From Promethearchaeota archaeon (lineage in GTDB: Archaea > Asgardarchaeota > Hermodarchaeia > Hermodarchaeales > Hermodarchaeaceae), in the NCBI GenBank assembly GCA_048939625.1, contig JBHLPH010000011.1, positions 1 to 62,581 on the forward strand: a DNA stretch of 62,581 nucleotides, read 5' to 3'. Positions within the stretch are counted from its first letter, which is position 1. Every line of letters starts with the position of its first letter. Below, in pieces: positions 1 through 9,300 of the stretch. Position numbers and translations under genes: made by a program. Under the pieces are notes generated by a model, which did not search any database, was not told where the DNA came from, and saw only the letters and a program-made list of their open reading frames with translations.

Positions 1-1194
1 ATTGAAGATTTTAGGAAAAACTTTCAGGACCGGTATTTCCGAATTCGAGATATCATCTCTCAACGGGTTGACGGGAAAGGTATAGTTGATATCAAGTTTG
101 CATCTGAAATAAAGGAATCCTCTACGAAAAATAAAGGCGTCAAAATCGTGGGTATTGTGAACAACAAATCAATGACCCGTAGTGGTAATATTGCTTTGGA
201 AGTAGAGGATCCAAGTGGCCGTATTGGTGTAATCATACAACAACGGGATCCGAAATTAATTAACAAGGCTAACACAATTCTCCTCGATCAGATACTCATG
301 ATAGAAGGTAACCTAGTTAGTGCTGACATGCTGATTGCCAAGGATTTGTACCTGCCCGATATTCCCTCTAATCGCCGTAACCATCGAGCAAAAGACGACA
401 TCAGTGTACTACTAATCTCAGATATTCATTATGGGAGTCGACATTTTCTCGATAAAGTATTTCAGCGCGTCATTGATTGGCTTCAGGGTAACGAAGGTGA
501 CGAGGAACACGTTGCTTTAGCTGGGTCTGTAAAATACATTGTGATCAACGGGGACTTGGTTGATGGAATTGGCGTGTACCCTAACCAACTATCTGAAATT
601 ACGATTTTTGATCTTGACAGCCAATTTAGTGGCCTCAATCAATTTCTTCAAGAGATTCCTTCTCACATCGAGATACTTATCGCGCCAGGTAATCATGATG
701 GAGTTCGTGTCGCCATTCCACGCCCGGCCATCGATGATCATTACTTTGGTTCATTACGAGATGCTGGCTTGAGCATTCACTCATTGGGTTGCCCAGCTCA
801 GGTGAGTCTTCATGGTGTAAATCTCATGATATATCATGGTGACAGTCTTGTCGATATTATGGGAGCCCTTTCCAAACCCGAAGTAGAAGCAAGTTATGCG
901 GCAATGCGTGAAATGTTACGAGGAAGACATCTTGCACCTATTTATGGAAAAAGCACTACGGTGGTCGCAGAACCCCGTGACTGGCTTGTGATTGATGAAG
1001 TTCCAGATATACTCCATTGTGGTCATATCCATGTGACTAGCGTAGGGAGTTACCGTAACACGTTGATGGTCAATTCGGGAACTTTTCAAAGTCAAACAGA
1101 ATACCAAAAATTAATTGGAATCGAACCGACTCCTGGCATAGTTCCTTTAGTTAATCTCAAAACCTTGAATGTAAAGACTCTCAACTTCACTTAA
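1..1194 (+). CDS. polB: DNA polymerase D small (proofreading) subunit DP1, 5'-partial
   Basis: Frame is open from base 1 (IEDFRKNFQDRY...). OB-fold region followed by calcineurin-like phosphoesterase motifs SDIHYGS, GDLVDG, PGNHD, YHG, GHIH, NSGTFQSQT. Confidence 0.95.
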   Translation: MEDFRKNFQDRYFRIRDIISQRVDGKGIVDIKFASEIKESSTKNKGVKIVGIVNNKSMTRSGNIALEVEDPSGRIGVIIQQRDPKLINKANTILLDQILMIEGNLVSADMLIAKDLYLPDIPSNRRNHRAKDDISVLLISDIHYGSRHFLDKVFQRVIDWLQGNEGDEEHVALAGSVKYIVINGDLVDGIGVYPNQLSEITIFDLDSQFSGLNQFLQEIPSHIEILIAPGNHDGVRVAIPRPAIDDHYFGSLRDAGLSIHSLGCPAQVSLHGVNLMIYHGDSLVDIMGALSKPEVEASYAAMREMLRGRHLAPIYGKSTTVVAEPRDWLVIDEVPDILHCGHIHVTSVGSYRNTLMVNSGTFQSQTEYQKLIGIEPTPGIVPLVNLKTLNVKTLNFT

Positions 1195-1769
1195 AGTTGT
1201 ATAAACTCCCATGTGTCCTGTTGGAGAGATTGGAGAAGGCGAGTAGCCTCTTCTTTCTCAAGCAGTAAAAACAGCTTCGCTACGTGTTTACAGAATCTAT
1301 GAATGACGCTTACTCTTCGCCAATCAGGACAGTCATGTGAAATTCGTCTCGTTTCCTCATCTATCTCGAGAACATACTCTTTTGTACCTTGAACAGTTGC
1401 TTTAATTTTCAGCGGGGACTTTGATATTCGAGTAAATTCAACGGCTTTATCGTTCATACCCACCGCACGAGAGAGCCGAGATGCGCTTACAAAAAGCTGT
1501 AACTGAGTGCCAAAATCGGAGGATGCTTTGGGTGGTTCAGGTTCAGACTCTACAAATTGAGGGCGTATCACAACGCCGTTTTCAATATTTAGTTTTCCTT
1601 GCTTGTTGAGATCAAGAATCATTTGAGTTGCTTCTGAGGGGCGAAATTGTCGTAAATCAAAGGAGATAAAGAACACCAATTGTTGTATGGGAACCTGGGC
1701 TTTTCCAATTGCGCGAAATGCATAATCTACTAGTCCAAGAGGAGTTTGGGGCACTCGGTGCATGAACAT
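1191..1769 (-). CDS. DUF2240-like N-terminal domain fused to a SWIM zinc finger
   Basis: N-terminal LVFFISFDLRQFRPSEA motif; C-terminal HDCPDW...FCKHVAKL is SWIM-type. Directly downstream of cdc6. Confidence 0.6.
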   Translation of the reverse strand: MFMHRVPQTPLGLVDYAFRAIGKAQVPIQQLVFFISFDLRQFRPSEATQMILDLNKQGKLNIENGVVIRPQFVESEPEPPKASSDFGTQLQLFVSASRLSRAVGMNDKAVEFTRISKSPLKIKATVQGTKEYVLEIDEETRRISHDCPDWRRVSVIHRFCKHVAKLFLLLEKEEATRLLQSLQQDTWEFIQL

Positions 1770-1775
1770 GGCTTC

Positions 1776-3047
1776 CTAAGAAGATGATTTCTTCAAGGTT
1801 TTTGGCACATAACTTGAAAGGGTCTTTATTCGACTGTCGCGTTCCAATACATCGGTGACCATTTTTTTCGGTACGCTGAGACGAATGTTCTTGGTTCGTC
1901 CGTATCTACCCTTACTGATTACTTTTGCATTCACAAGACCTATTGCATCTAAATCGTTGATGAGATCGCTGACGCGTCGCTGAGTGAGTGGATCCATTCC
2001 AAGTTGAGTGCAAATGTCCCCGTATACATCTTGGACCTCACCTGTTACAGGATGAGGATGTTTGTGGCGTTCCAACAAGTATACCGCATAAAGCACCAGT
2101 TTCTGTTGAACAGGTAATGTTCGTAATACTTCGAGAACAGTGTCACGTTCAATGCTCAGTCGCGCTTTTTCAACGTGTTCAACTTTAACGTTGTCACTGG
2201 ATTCTCTTTCAGCGATTTCCACAGCAACTCGTAAGAGATCAAGGGCCCTACGTGCATCGCCTTCTTCCCTTGCAGCTAGGGCTGCACATAAATTAATAAC
2301 ACCAGGCTCTTCTAAGATTCCCTCTTTTAAGCCAACAGAACTTCTTCGTCGAAGAATATCCTGTAGTTGGAGCGCGGTATAGGGATGAAAGATGACCTTT
2401 TCTTCACTAAGGCTACTAAGCACTCGCGAATCCAGATACTCGGGGAAGCGGAGATCGTTGGATATACCAATTAGACTTACGCGAGCCTTTGAAAGCTCAT
2501 AATTTATGCGAGTAAGTTTGTACAATGTGTCGTCTCCACTTTTTAGGACCAAACGATCAATTTCATCGAGCACAATAATCGTTAACAAATCCTGGCTTTC
2601 GAGCAGTTCGATAAGCCTAGAATGTACTTCGTCCGTTGGCAGACCAGTAAAAGGAACCTTCTGTCCTAGTTCAGCACAGATTCGGGCAAGAACCCGATAG
2701 TCGGTGTCTACATTTCGGCAATTAAGATACACTGACTTGAAGGGCAGTTGAAGTTCACCGAATTTTGTTGTTAATTCGCGTAAGACGTATCTGGTTACTG
2801 CAGTTTTTCCAGTTCCAGGTTTTCCATAGACAAAAACGTTTGATGGCCGACTACCCTTCAATCCTGTTGCGAGGATATTCCCTATTTGTGTAATTTGATC
2901 ATTGCGGTGAGGGAGAACATCAGGGACATAAGAATGCCAAAGCACTTTTCGGTCCTCGATTAGAGTCGGACCTGAACTCAGTCTCTCAAAGATGCGATCA
3001 AGTGGTCGAGGGTCGTCCATGTCATAGGCTCCTTCACTAGGTCCCAA
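1776..3047 (-). CDS. cdc6: Orc1/Cdc6 replication initiator, origin-associated; probable start ATG 3020
   Basis: YVPDVLPHR, Walker A GKPGTGKT, Walker B LDEID, GDARRALDLLR, C-terminal wHTH ending SKGRYGRT. Confidence 0.97.
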   Translation of the reverse strand: MGPSEGAYDMDDPRPLDRIFERLSSGPTLIEDRKVLWHSYVPDVLPHRNDQITQIGNILATGLKGSRPSNVFVYGKPGTGKTAVTRYVLRELTTKFGELQLPFKSVYLNCRNVDTDYRVLARICAELGQKVPFTGLPTDEVHSRLIELLESQDLLTIIVLDEIDRLVLKSGDDTLYKLTRINYELSKARVSLIGISNDLRFPEYLDSRVLSSLSEEKVIFHPYTALQLQDILRRRSSVGLKEGILEEPGVINLCAALAAREEGDARRALDLLRVAVEIAERESSDNVKVEHVEKARLSIERDTVLEVLRTLPVQQKLVLYAVYLLERHKHPHPVTGEVQDVYGDICTQLGMDPLTQRRVSDLINDLDAIGLVNAKVISKGRYGRTKNIRLSVPKKMVTDVLERDSRIKTLSSYVPKTLKKSSS

Positions 3048-3150
3048 AGGAAATACTAGCGTTTCTTTTGGAAATTCCCCCTACCTCCATATTAGAGTTT
3101 CGTAATTTGACGTATCTCCAAAACTATTGTTTATCAACTAGCTATTATTT

Positions 3151-3533
3151 TGTTCACAATTGGCGCGCTAAATGTTAACATTAATTCCAAAAAAACAGCT
3201 ATTTCTCCTTCTTTTCTAGATTGAATCCAAAATTGATATTATTATTGGGTTAACAAAGGCTCCCCCCTTCATTTCCACTGGAAAATGGTTCTAAGAGCAT
3301 AAAATCGTTAGAAAGATTATCAATGTGTTAACAACATGTGAACACCTTCAAAAGATGGAGAAATGGCTTAAAATAGAGAATAAAGGACGAAGAGCTGAGA
3401 TTTAATCTATTTTCATTTGTAGACAAGAGAAATCTTCCTTAACCTAACCAAGACCCGTAAGAGCCTTTGTTGATGTTCACTTCATTTTCTGGATCATTCA
3501 GTTCACACCGTCACACTTTTATTTCTGTGAACA
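3151..3533. repeat. Dispersed pseudo-palindromic TGT(T/G)(A/C)ACA repeats, about 8 copies
   Basis: tgttcaca 3151, tgttaaca 3173, gttaaca 3249, tgttaaca 3326, tgtgaaca 3337, tgttcac 3474, gttcaca 3501, tgtgaaca 3526. Confidence 0.6.
3262..3284 (-). promoter_or_regulatory. ORB1, origin recognition box with G-string
   Basis: Reverse complement reads TTTCCAGTGGAAATGAAGGGGGG. Confidence 0.92.
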
Positions 3534-3585
3534 AGGCAGACTATATGGGACTGGAGAGCAAATAACACCCTAGTGGGGGCCAGCA

Positions 3586-4041
3586 ATGAAGAAACGGAAA
3601 CAAAAGATCACCATCGAAGGCTTGACAATTGAAGGAAAACCTTGTGACATCACAATTACCTTTGATGATGGCCTCCCAGCTTCAATCACCGAGTCAATCT
3701 CAACTGCCTTGAAAGGCACCGATAGATCGAATACTTCCGCTGAAACACCTCCAAGCTCATCTGCAATCCCTGATGTTGAATCCTGGACAGTTCGCCAAAA
3801 AGTTCGTTACATTGTTTTGCGCAATTGCCGTCACGGTTGGTTTACCTCAAAAGACATCCAAGAATTGTATGACCACACTTTTCACCCCTCTATCCCCCTA
3901 GCAACAGCTTCAACATACCTATCAAGAATGCATAAAGAAGGGAGTCTCACCCGAAGAGGATCAGCAGCCCAACGCGAATATCGTCTCAACATTGAAGATC
4001 TTACCGACGAAATCGCTGAAGTCTTGGCCAACCAAATCTAG
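3586..4041 (+). CDS. Winged-helix DNA-binding protein within the origin region
   Basis: C-terminal WFTSKDIQELY...LATASTYLSRMHKEGSLTRRG...REY wHTH pattern; divergent from cdc6. Confidence 0.75.
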   Translation: MKKRKQKITIEGLTIEGKPCDITITFDDGLPASITESISTALKGTDRSNTSAETPPSSSAIPDVESWTVRQKVRYIVLRNCRHGWFTSKDIQELYDHTFHPSIPLATASTYLSRMHKEGSLTRRGSAAQREYRLNIEDLTDEIAEVLANQI

Positions 4042-4183
4042 ACAAAAACAAAGCAACCAATTTGGCTCTATTTTGGGTAGAAAGTTTCGCACATTAGTTA
4101 TAAACTTTTATAACTAGATCAATGCTGTTGAAGATTGAATCTGATCACTACTCAAATCAGGCTGTCTTTGGTGTTAAGTTACT

Positions 4184-4204
4184 CCCCTTCGTTTCCACTG
4201 GAAC
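4184..4204 (-). promoter_or_regulatory. ORB2
   Basis: Reverse complement reads GTTCCAGTGGAAACGAAGGGG. Confidence 0.92.
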
Positions 4205-4386
4205 TCGAAAATCTTGAAAAGTTGGATGTTGTTTTACTGAATTCGAAGAATCTTCCCCAGTTGTTTTCAATCTTTCTTCTATAAATACTTTACAGTCTCT
4301 ACATAACTTCTATTAGTATTCTAGACGATTGTTTTGCGCATTTTACAATTAGTTGAAAGGGTAACAGAAAAGATAGTATTTGAGAA

Positions 4387-4408
4387 GTTCCAGTGGAAAT
4401 AAAGGGGG
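4387..4408 (+). promoter_or_regulatory. ORB3
   Basis: GTTCCAGTGGAAATAAAGGGGG, inverted relative to ORB2. Confidence 0.92.
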
Positions 4409-4419
4409 TTATCTAATTA

Positions 4420-4716
4420 CTAAGCTACTAGTTGATAATATACAGAAGGACGGCCACGACGCCCATTTCGCTCTATATATTTCTCTACGACACCTGAGAT
4501 CAGGAGATTCATTAGGGTATCATAGACAGTGGTCCTTGGGATCCCGGTTTTCACCGTTATCTCTCCTCGTGTAAGCGCACCTTTATCTCGTAAAAGGTCG
4601 GTGATATGTCCCTTGACGTCTGCAGGTTCGGTCCGCTGGATTTGCGATGATCTCTGTCGGGACTTTGGTTTTTGTGTTCCGTGGGTTGCTTGTTGAGACG
4701 TTCGGGTAGCGGCCAT
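4420..4716 (-). CDS. Small TrmB-like winged-helix protein
   Basis: LTRGEITVKTGIPRTTVYDTLMNL...GRRGRPSVYY wHTH pattern. Confidence 0.8.
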   Translation of the reverse strand: MAATRTSQQATHGTQKPKSRQRSSQIQRTEPADVKGHITDLLRDKGALTRGEITVKTGIPRTTVYDTLMNLLISGVVEKYIERNGRRGRPSVYYQLVA

Positions 4717-4772
4717 AATACTACAACTCTGCGTCTAGATAAATATCGGCTATTTATATTAGTTGTGGATGA

Positions 4773-4785
4773 TTTCCACTGGAAC
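4773..4785 (-). promoter_or_regulatory. Mini-ORB (ORB4) without a G-string, upstream of the small wHTH gene
   Basis: Reverse complement reads GTTCCAGTGGAAA; TATA-like segment at 4751-4760. Confidence 0.75.
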
Positions 4786-4811
4786 TTATTGAATTCAATG
4801 AAATAAATGAA
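4785..4811. repeat. 9-bp tandem array A (TTCAWTGAA family)
   Basis: cttattgaa-ttcaatgaa-ataaatgaa. Confidence 0.75.
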
Positions 4812-4854
4812 ACTATTCTTTACTAAAACACTGAACGTTGTGTTAATGAATGTA

Positions 4855-7200
4855 TTATTGTATCATAGAACGGGACACCAGAGATTGACCTGCTGAAGTC
4901 CCTGCATCGCCTGGGGGGACACTTTGGTGCAAAAGAAATTGAATTCCTTCCTTCTCCACTATAGAACGAATAACCCGTGTAAGTATCTTATTATACGCAA
5001 CCCCTCCAGAGAAACCAATCTTCTGAATCCCATTTGAGTTTGCCGCGCCAATTGCTGTCTCAGCTAACGCTTGACCAAGACTATGGTGAGCTGCCAAGGC
5101 AAGATCAGGACCTTTGTATCTCTTTCGTTTTTGAAGCACTTGATTAACCAAAACTTCTGTTCTGATAATCTTCGACTTGCCCTCCTGATCAATGGGGACT
5201 TCTAAACGGAGCTTGGGATTCACTTTTCCTGAATTTGCAAAAGCCTCCAACTGAATGGCTGGTTCTCCCTCGTATGTTCGCTTGTATGAAATTTTGAGCA
5301 AGGCTGCGAGTGAATCTAAAACACGACCTGTACTTGAGGTGAAAGGGGTGTTAATCCTCTGTGTAAGTTGAGAGAGAATGATAGCATACTCCGTTTGCCC
5401 TTGAGGTAGCGCAATCTTTGCTTCATCCTCAAAGAGCGCCTTTAATTCGTCTTGAGGATATTTCTTCGAAAGTATACCTAACAACATTCGGAACGGGTAT
5501 TTGGCAGCCTGATCTCCTCCAGGCATTGGGTGCGGTTCAAGAAATCCTGCTCGAGTATATTGACTAGCGTTTCCGACAAGAATCTCTCCACCCCATATGG
5601 TGTTATCCGGACCATATCCAGCACCATCACAACAGATTGCTACAATATCTTCTTCTGATGGAATTTTATGATCTGCAAGCAATGCAGCTAGATGAGCATG
5701 GTGGTGTTGTACACGAATTAGTGGGACTTTTTGATTCTTTGATAATTCCAATCCATATTGCGAGGTGAGAAAATCAGGGTGCAAATCACAGGCAACAGCT
5801 TCAAAATTGGAAACTCGAAGCAATCGCTGTAAATGAGCCAGACTCTCTTGTAGATATGTCAAGGACTCAATGGTATCAATATCGCCTATATGCTGTGTCA
5901 AGTATATGCGTCTTTTGTGATATATCGCGCCTGTATTTTTTTCCAGAGCACCAAGAGCGAGTACGGTGGGTCCCCCATCTGCGGTGTCTATTGGTTCAGG
6001 AGCATAGCCCCGGGAACGACGGATAATTAATCCCTGGTTGAAGAGAGGGATTACTACCGAGTCATCACAGCGTTGATGGATTGTTCGATTATGAGTAAGT
6101 AAGTAATCTGCCAGTTCCATGAAACGTTCTTGATATGTGGAAGCATGTATTATGGTAGGCAAGCCTACCGGGTTTGCACTGGTCATCACTAATGCGAGAT
6201 CTTGCAGTCCTTCAAATAATCGTAAATAAATCCCTGAATACGGAAGCATAACACCTATTGTATCTAATTTCGGGGCTAGATTTTGTGCTAAAGGGAATGG
6301 CCTACGTTGGTTTAGCACTACGATCGGGCGTCGCCATGAAGTTAGAAGCTGTTCTGCTATCTCGTCAACGTGTGCAAATTCTCTTACATCATCAAGGCTC
6401 TTGGACATAATGGCTAAGGGCTTGTTAGGCTTTTTTCGTAATTCACGCAAACGTGATATCTCTGTGGAGAGAGAAGCACGAACGGCTAGATGGATTCCCC
6501 CTAAACCTTTGATAGCTATGATTGCACCTTCATTAAGTAATTTCACAGCTTCAACAAAAGGGTCACTTACCTCAACACGCCTTCCATCCGATCGCAGAAG
6601 TTTGAACTGAGGTCCACAAATAGGGCAGCAAATAGTCTGCGCATTATATCGGCGATTTAGTGGATCATTATATTCCACATCGCAATCTGCACAGAGTGGA
6701 AAATCGTTCATCGTAGTTCGTTCACGGTCATAAGGTGTATCGGTTATAGTAGTATATCGGGGTCCACAGATTGCACAACAAGTCATGGGATATTGGTAGT
6801 GACGGGATTGAGGGTTATTCATATCCTCGATACAATCCGGACAAACCGAAATATCAGGGGGAATGACAGATCCCCCCGCTTGTTTCTCATTTTTCGATAT
6901 TCGAATTTGAAAATCAGTGAATCCTTCCTTCGTCGGCTTCCATATCGTTTGAATACTATCGATGACAGCCAAATACGGCTTCTCATTTTCAATGGATTCA
7001 ATGAATTCAATGATTTTTTCTTTTTCTCCCTCCACCACGATTCGAACCGCTGAATTTCCAGTATTCAGAACATAGCCGTTTAAACAACGGTTCACGGCCT
7101 GGGCGTAAATAAATGGACGAAAACCGATTCCCTGAACGACACCGACAACTCGAATTTCAGCTTGTTGAATATCAGTCACGGTGTCATCTCCGTGTTTCAC
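4855..7200 (-). CDS. hypF: Hydrogenase maturation carbamoyltransferase HypF
   Basis: Acylphosphatase domain GVVQGIGFRPF, CxxC zinc fingers, KGLGGIHL, QHHHAH, PPGDAG. Confidence 0.97.
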   Translation of the reverse strand: MKHGDDTVTDIQQAEIRVVGVVQGIGFRPFIYAQAVNRCLNGYVLNTGNSAVRIVVEGEKEKIIEFIESIENEKPYLAVIDSIQTIWKPTKEGFTDFQIRISKNEKQAGGSVIPPDISVCPDCIEDMNNPQSRHYQYPMTCCAICGPRYTTITDTPYDRERTTMNDFPLCADCDVEYNDPLNRRYNAQTICCPICGPQFKLLRSDGRRVEVSDPFVEAVKLLNEGAIIAIKGLGGIHLAVRASLSTEISRLRELRKKPNKPLAIMSKSLDDVREFAHVDEIAEQLLTSWRRPIVVLNQRRPFPLAQNLAPKLDTIGVMLPYSGIYLRLFEGLQDLALVMTSANPVGLPTIIHASTYQERFMELADYLLTHNRTIHQRCDDSVVIPLFNQGLIIRRSRGYAPEPIDTADGGPTVLALGALEKNTGAIYHKRRIYLTQHIGDIDTIESLTYLQESLAHLQRLLRVSNFEAVACDLHPDFLTSQYGLELSKNQKVPLIRVQHHHAHLAALLADHKIPSEEDIVAICCDGAGYGPDNTIWGGEILVGNASQYTRAGFLEPHPMPGGDQAAKYPFRMLLGILSKKYPQDELKALFEDEAKIALPQGQTEYAIILSQLTQRINTPFTSSTGRVLDSLAALLKISYKRTYEGEPAIQLEAFANSGKVNPKLRLEVPIDQEGKSKIIRTEVLVNQVLQKRKRYKGPDLALAAHHSLGQALAETAIGAANSNGIQKIGFSGGVAYNKILTRVIRSIVEKEGIQFLLHQSVPPGDAGTSAGQSLVSRSMIQ
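6988..7014. repeat. 9-bp tandem array B, inside the hypF coding sequence
   Basis: ttcaatgga-ttcaatgaa-ttcaatgat, encoding IIEFIESIE on the minus strand. Confidence 0.7.
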
Positions 7201-7267
7201 CGACTCTAGCAGAGTATTAATTCTTTTGGAGTTATTATCTATAGTATCTATTCAGGTGCGTGTAATA

Positions 7268-7861
7268 GTGACTGAGTTTCGAGTGCCTACACCAAAGGAA
7301 TTACAGGATTTACGAAAGAAGGTAGGACTTACTCAAGCTGAATTAGCAGAGCAAGTAGGTATTAGTCAATCTCTAGTTGCACGTATAGAAATGGGGAAAG
7401 TAAATCCAAGCATTGCAACTCTCAAACGGATCCTCAGTGTTATCGAAAGGCAGAAAAAAACTCATTCTAGTCTCGGTGATTTGTTAAAATGGAAGGCCCG
7501 TTCAACCAAACTAAATCCGCTTATCTGGGTTAGCCCTGATGACAAAGTGCGACGTGCAGCAATCCTCATGCGGCGTCACGGAATTTCTCAACTCCCAGTA
7601 TTGATGGGAAATACTTCTGCCGGATCTATCAGTGAAAGCACAATAATCCGCCAATTGATGACCATGGGGTCACCAAAGGTCTTTGGGCTCTCTGTTCGAG
7701 AAATTATGGAGCCTCCTTTTCCTACAGCTGATATACAAGACAATGTTGATTCAGTACTAGCCAAGATTGCTTCAGGCGTTGAAGCTATACTCGTATTGAA
7801 TGAAGATAGACCTGTAGGAATCATTACAAAAATAGATATCATCGCGTTTACGAGGATGTAA
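7268..7861 (+). CDS. XRE-type HTH plus CBS-pair transcriptional regulator
   Basis: LRKKVGLTQAELAEQVGISQSLVARIE, then two CBS repeats (GISQLPV, GIITKIDI). GTG 7268 follows AGGTG; the ORF track starts at 7181. Confidence 0.92.
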   Translation: MTEFRVPTPKELQDLRKKVGLTQAELAEQVGISQSLVARIEMGKVNPSIATLKRILSVIERQKKTHSSLGDLLKWKARSTKLNPLIWVSPDDKVRRAAILMRRHGISQLPVLMGNTSAGSISESTIIRQLMTMGSPKVFGLSVREIMEPPFPTADIQDNVDSVLAKIASGVEAILVLNEDRPVGIITKIDIIAFTRM

Positions 7862-7881
7862 AGACCTATTCAAACAACAAA

Positions 7882-7908
7882 TTCAATAATTTCATTAAAA
7901 TTATTAAG
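7882..7908. repeat. 9-bp tandem array C (degenerate), upstream of the AAA+ gene
   Basis: ttcaataat-ttcattaaa-attattaag. Confidence 0.5.
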
Positions 7909-8035
7909 ATTTATATTTCCAATACAATCAATAATCTTTTATCGTTGTAGACCTTTCCTTGAGATATTCTTGGAAGTGTTATAGCTGAGTGAACTGGATC
8001 GATTAGTCGAGCAAACACAGAAGTTCGACCAACAA

Positions 8036-9289
8036 ATGCTCGCGAAATGGGGTTTTAAAACTGAAAGGATTGAACTCTTCGGGATTGATTCCGCGGATTT
8101 GTACGTTGTTCCCGAAGAAGAAGCACTCGCAATTAAACGCGCTGTGAATTATCTTCGAAATCAAACCGCCAGTGTCGTAGTTTCTGGTCCATTAGGCGCA
8201 GGTAAAACCACTTTTCTAGAGATGATTCAACAATCCCTTAATCGCCTACCCAATGTTCGTGCGATTCGCCTTGAAGGTGTTAGTTCAGCTGACGCACTAA
8301 TTGATGACCTTGTCCACGCTAATATCGGTGAACTAACAGTTCGTGATTTCCTGATTGACAAAGTGGGGGTTCGGGTCGTCCGAAGTGGATCAATAGCTAA
8401 ACGATTATCGCGCCTACTTCTTGCTTTGAGAACTGATGCCGAAGAAAACGGGACCTCCTATGTATTGTTAATAGATGAATTCCGGCAACTAGAAAGACAA
8501 AGGCCTGATAATCGTGTTCGAATTGTTGATACACTTCTACGAATGGTAAACGATAAGACTAAGGATGGTCGGCGTTATCTTGTTCTAGCCTTAGCCATTA
8601 TAACACGCGTTGGAGAAAGTGCAGTTCGGACACTTGAGCTCCTCTCTTCTGTCGGAGAATCTCTCGGTCATGGCAGTAAGTCCGCGATTAGGCGACGATT
8701 CGTTGAGATTTACGATATGCGTCGAATGAAAGAAATCAGTGCCCGTAAAGTAATGCTTTGGCGCTTAGCCCACCTCAAAGGTTCCTTAGATGAAATTAAC
8801 AAAGACCCTGAAGAAAGTATTGATCTCAATTCGGCAAAGATTAAAGAAATTTTAGCACCCTTCACAGGGGAAGCGCTTAATGCGATTTATAATTACTCAG
8901 GTGGAAATCCTGGTATTATGCTAGAGCTCCTTTTACGAACCCTTCAGGATGCAATCCGTGGAGCTGAGGTTCTAATAAACGATGGCTATACTTTGAATCA
9001 AGTCTTGTCAGTCTATCGAATAGACTCAGAGTACATCCAACAATTTGTTCAAAAAGAAGTAAAACGGGCTAGAGCCGAATTTACTAACTTTCAAACGAAT
9101 CTGTTGGAATTTCTCTCGGCCCCTCGCTCACTTGATGATATTGAATCTTGGCTTCAGGAAAAGGAACGTTCCTGGGAAAGCGTGTTAGAAGATTTCGATT
9201 TATTCGAAAAGCAAGGGCTAATCTATAGCCCGGAAGCTGGTCAGATACAAGCTACTGAACTTTGGACGAAAGGATCAACATTTGTGTAA
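8036..9289 (+). CDS. ExeA/AAA_22-like AAA+ ATPase with probable C-terminal wHTH; may start at CTG 7985
   Basis: Walker A GPLGAGKTT, Walker B LLIDEF, arginine-finger-like SAIRRRF, IYNYSGGNPG motif, C-terminal ...FEKQGLIY. Confidence 0.8.
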   Translation: MLAKWGFKTERIELFGIDSADLYVVPEEEALAIKRAVNYLRNQTASVVVSGPLGAGKTTFLEMIQQSLNRLPNVRAIRLEGVSSADALIDDLVHANIGELTVRDFLIDKVGVRVVRSGSIAKRLSRLLLALRTDAEENGTSYVLLIDEFRQLERQRPDNRVRIVDTLLRMVNDKTKDGRRYLVLALAIITRVGESAVRTLELLSSVGESLGHGSKSAIRRRFVEIYDMRRMKEISARKVMLWRLAHLKGSLDEINKDPEESIDLNSAKIKEILAPFTGEALNAIYNYSGGNPGIMLELLLRTLQDAIRGAEVLINDGYTLNQVLSVYRIDSEYIQQFVQKEVKRARAEFTNFQTNLLEFLSAPRSLDDIESWLQEKERSWESVLEDFDLFEKQGLIYSPEAGQIQATELWTKGSTFV

Positions 9290-9300
9290 GGTGAAAAGAA

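Larger units (their letters stand above)
3262..4785. other. Replication origin (oriC) region with ORB elements and an AT-rich segment
   Basis: Four copies of the TTCCAGTGGAAA core next to cdc6; AT-rich stretch 4205-4386 lies between inverted ORBs. Confidence 0.88.

Noticed and set aside
3058-3080. Possible degenerate mini-ORB (TTTCTTTTGGAAA) upstream of cdc6
   Set aside because: Several mismatches to the local consensus; cannot be supported without footprinting.
8036-9289. Transposon TnsC/TniB or secretion ExeA ATPase
   Set aside because: No transposase, integrase, terminal repeats or secretion genes nearby; the context is core origin genes.
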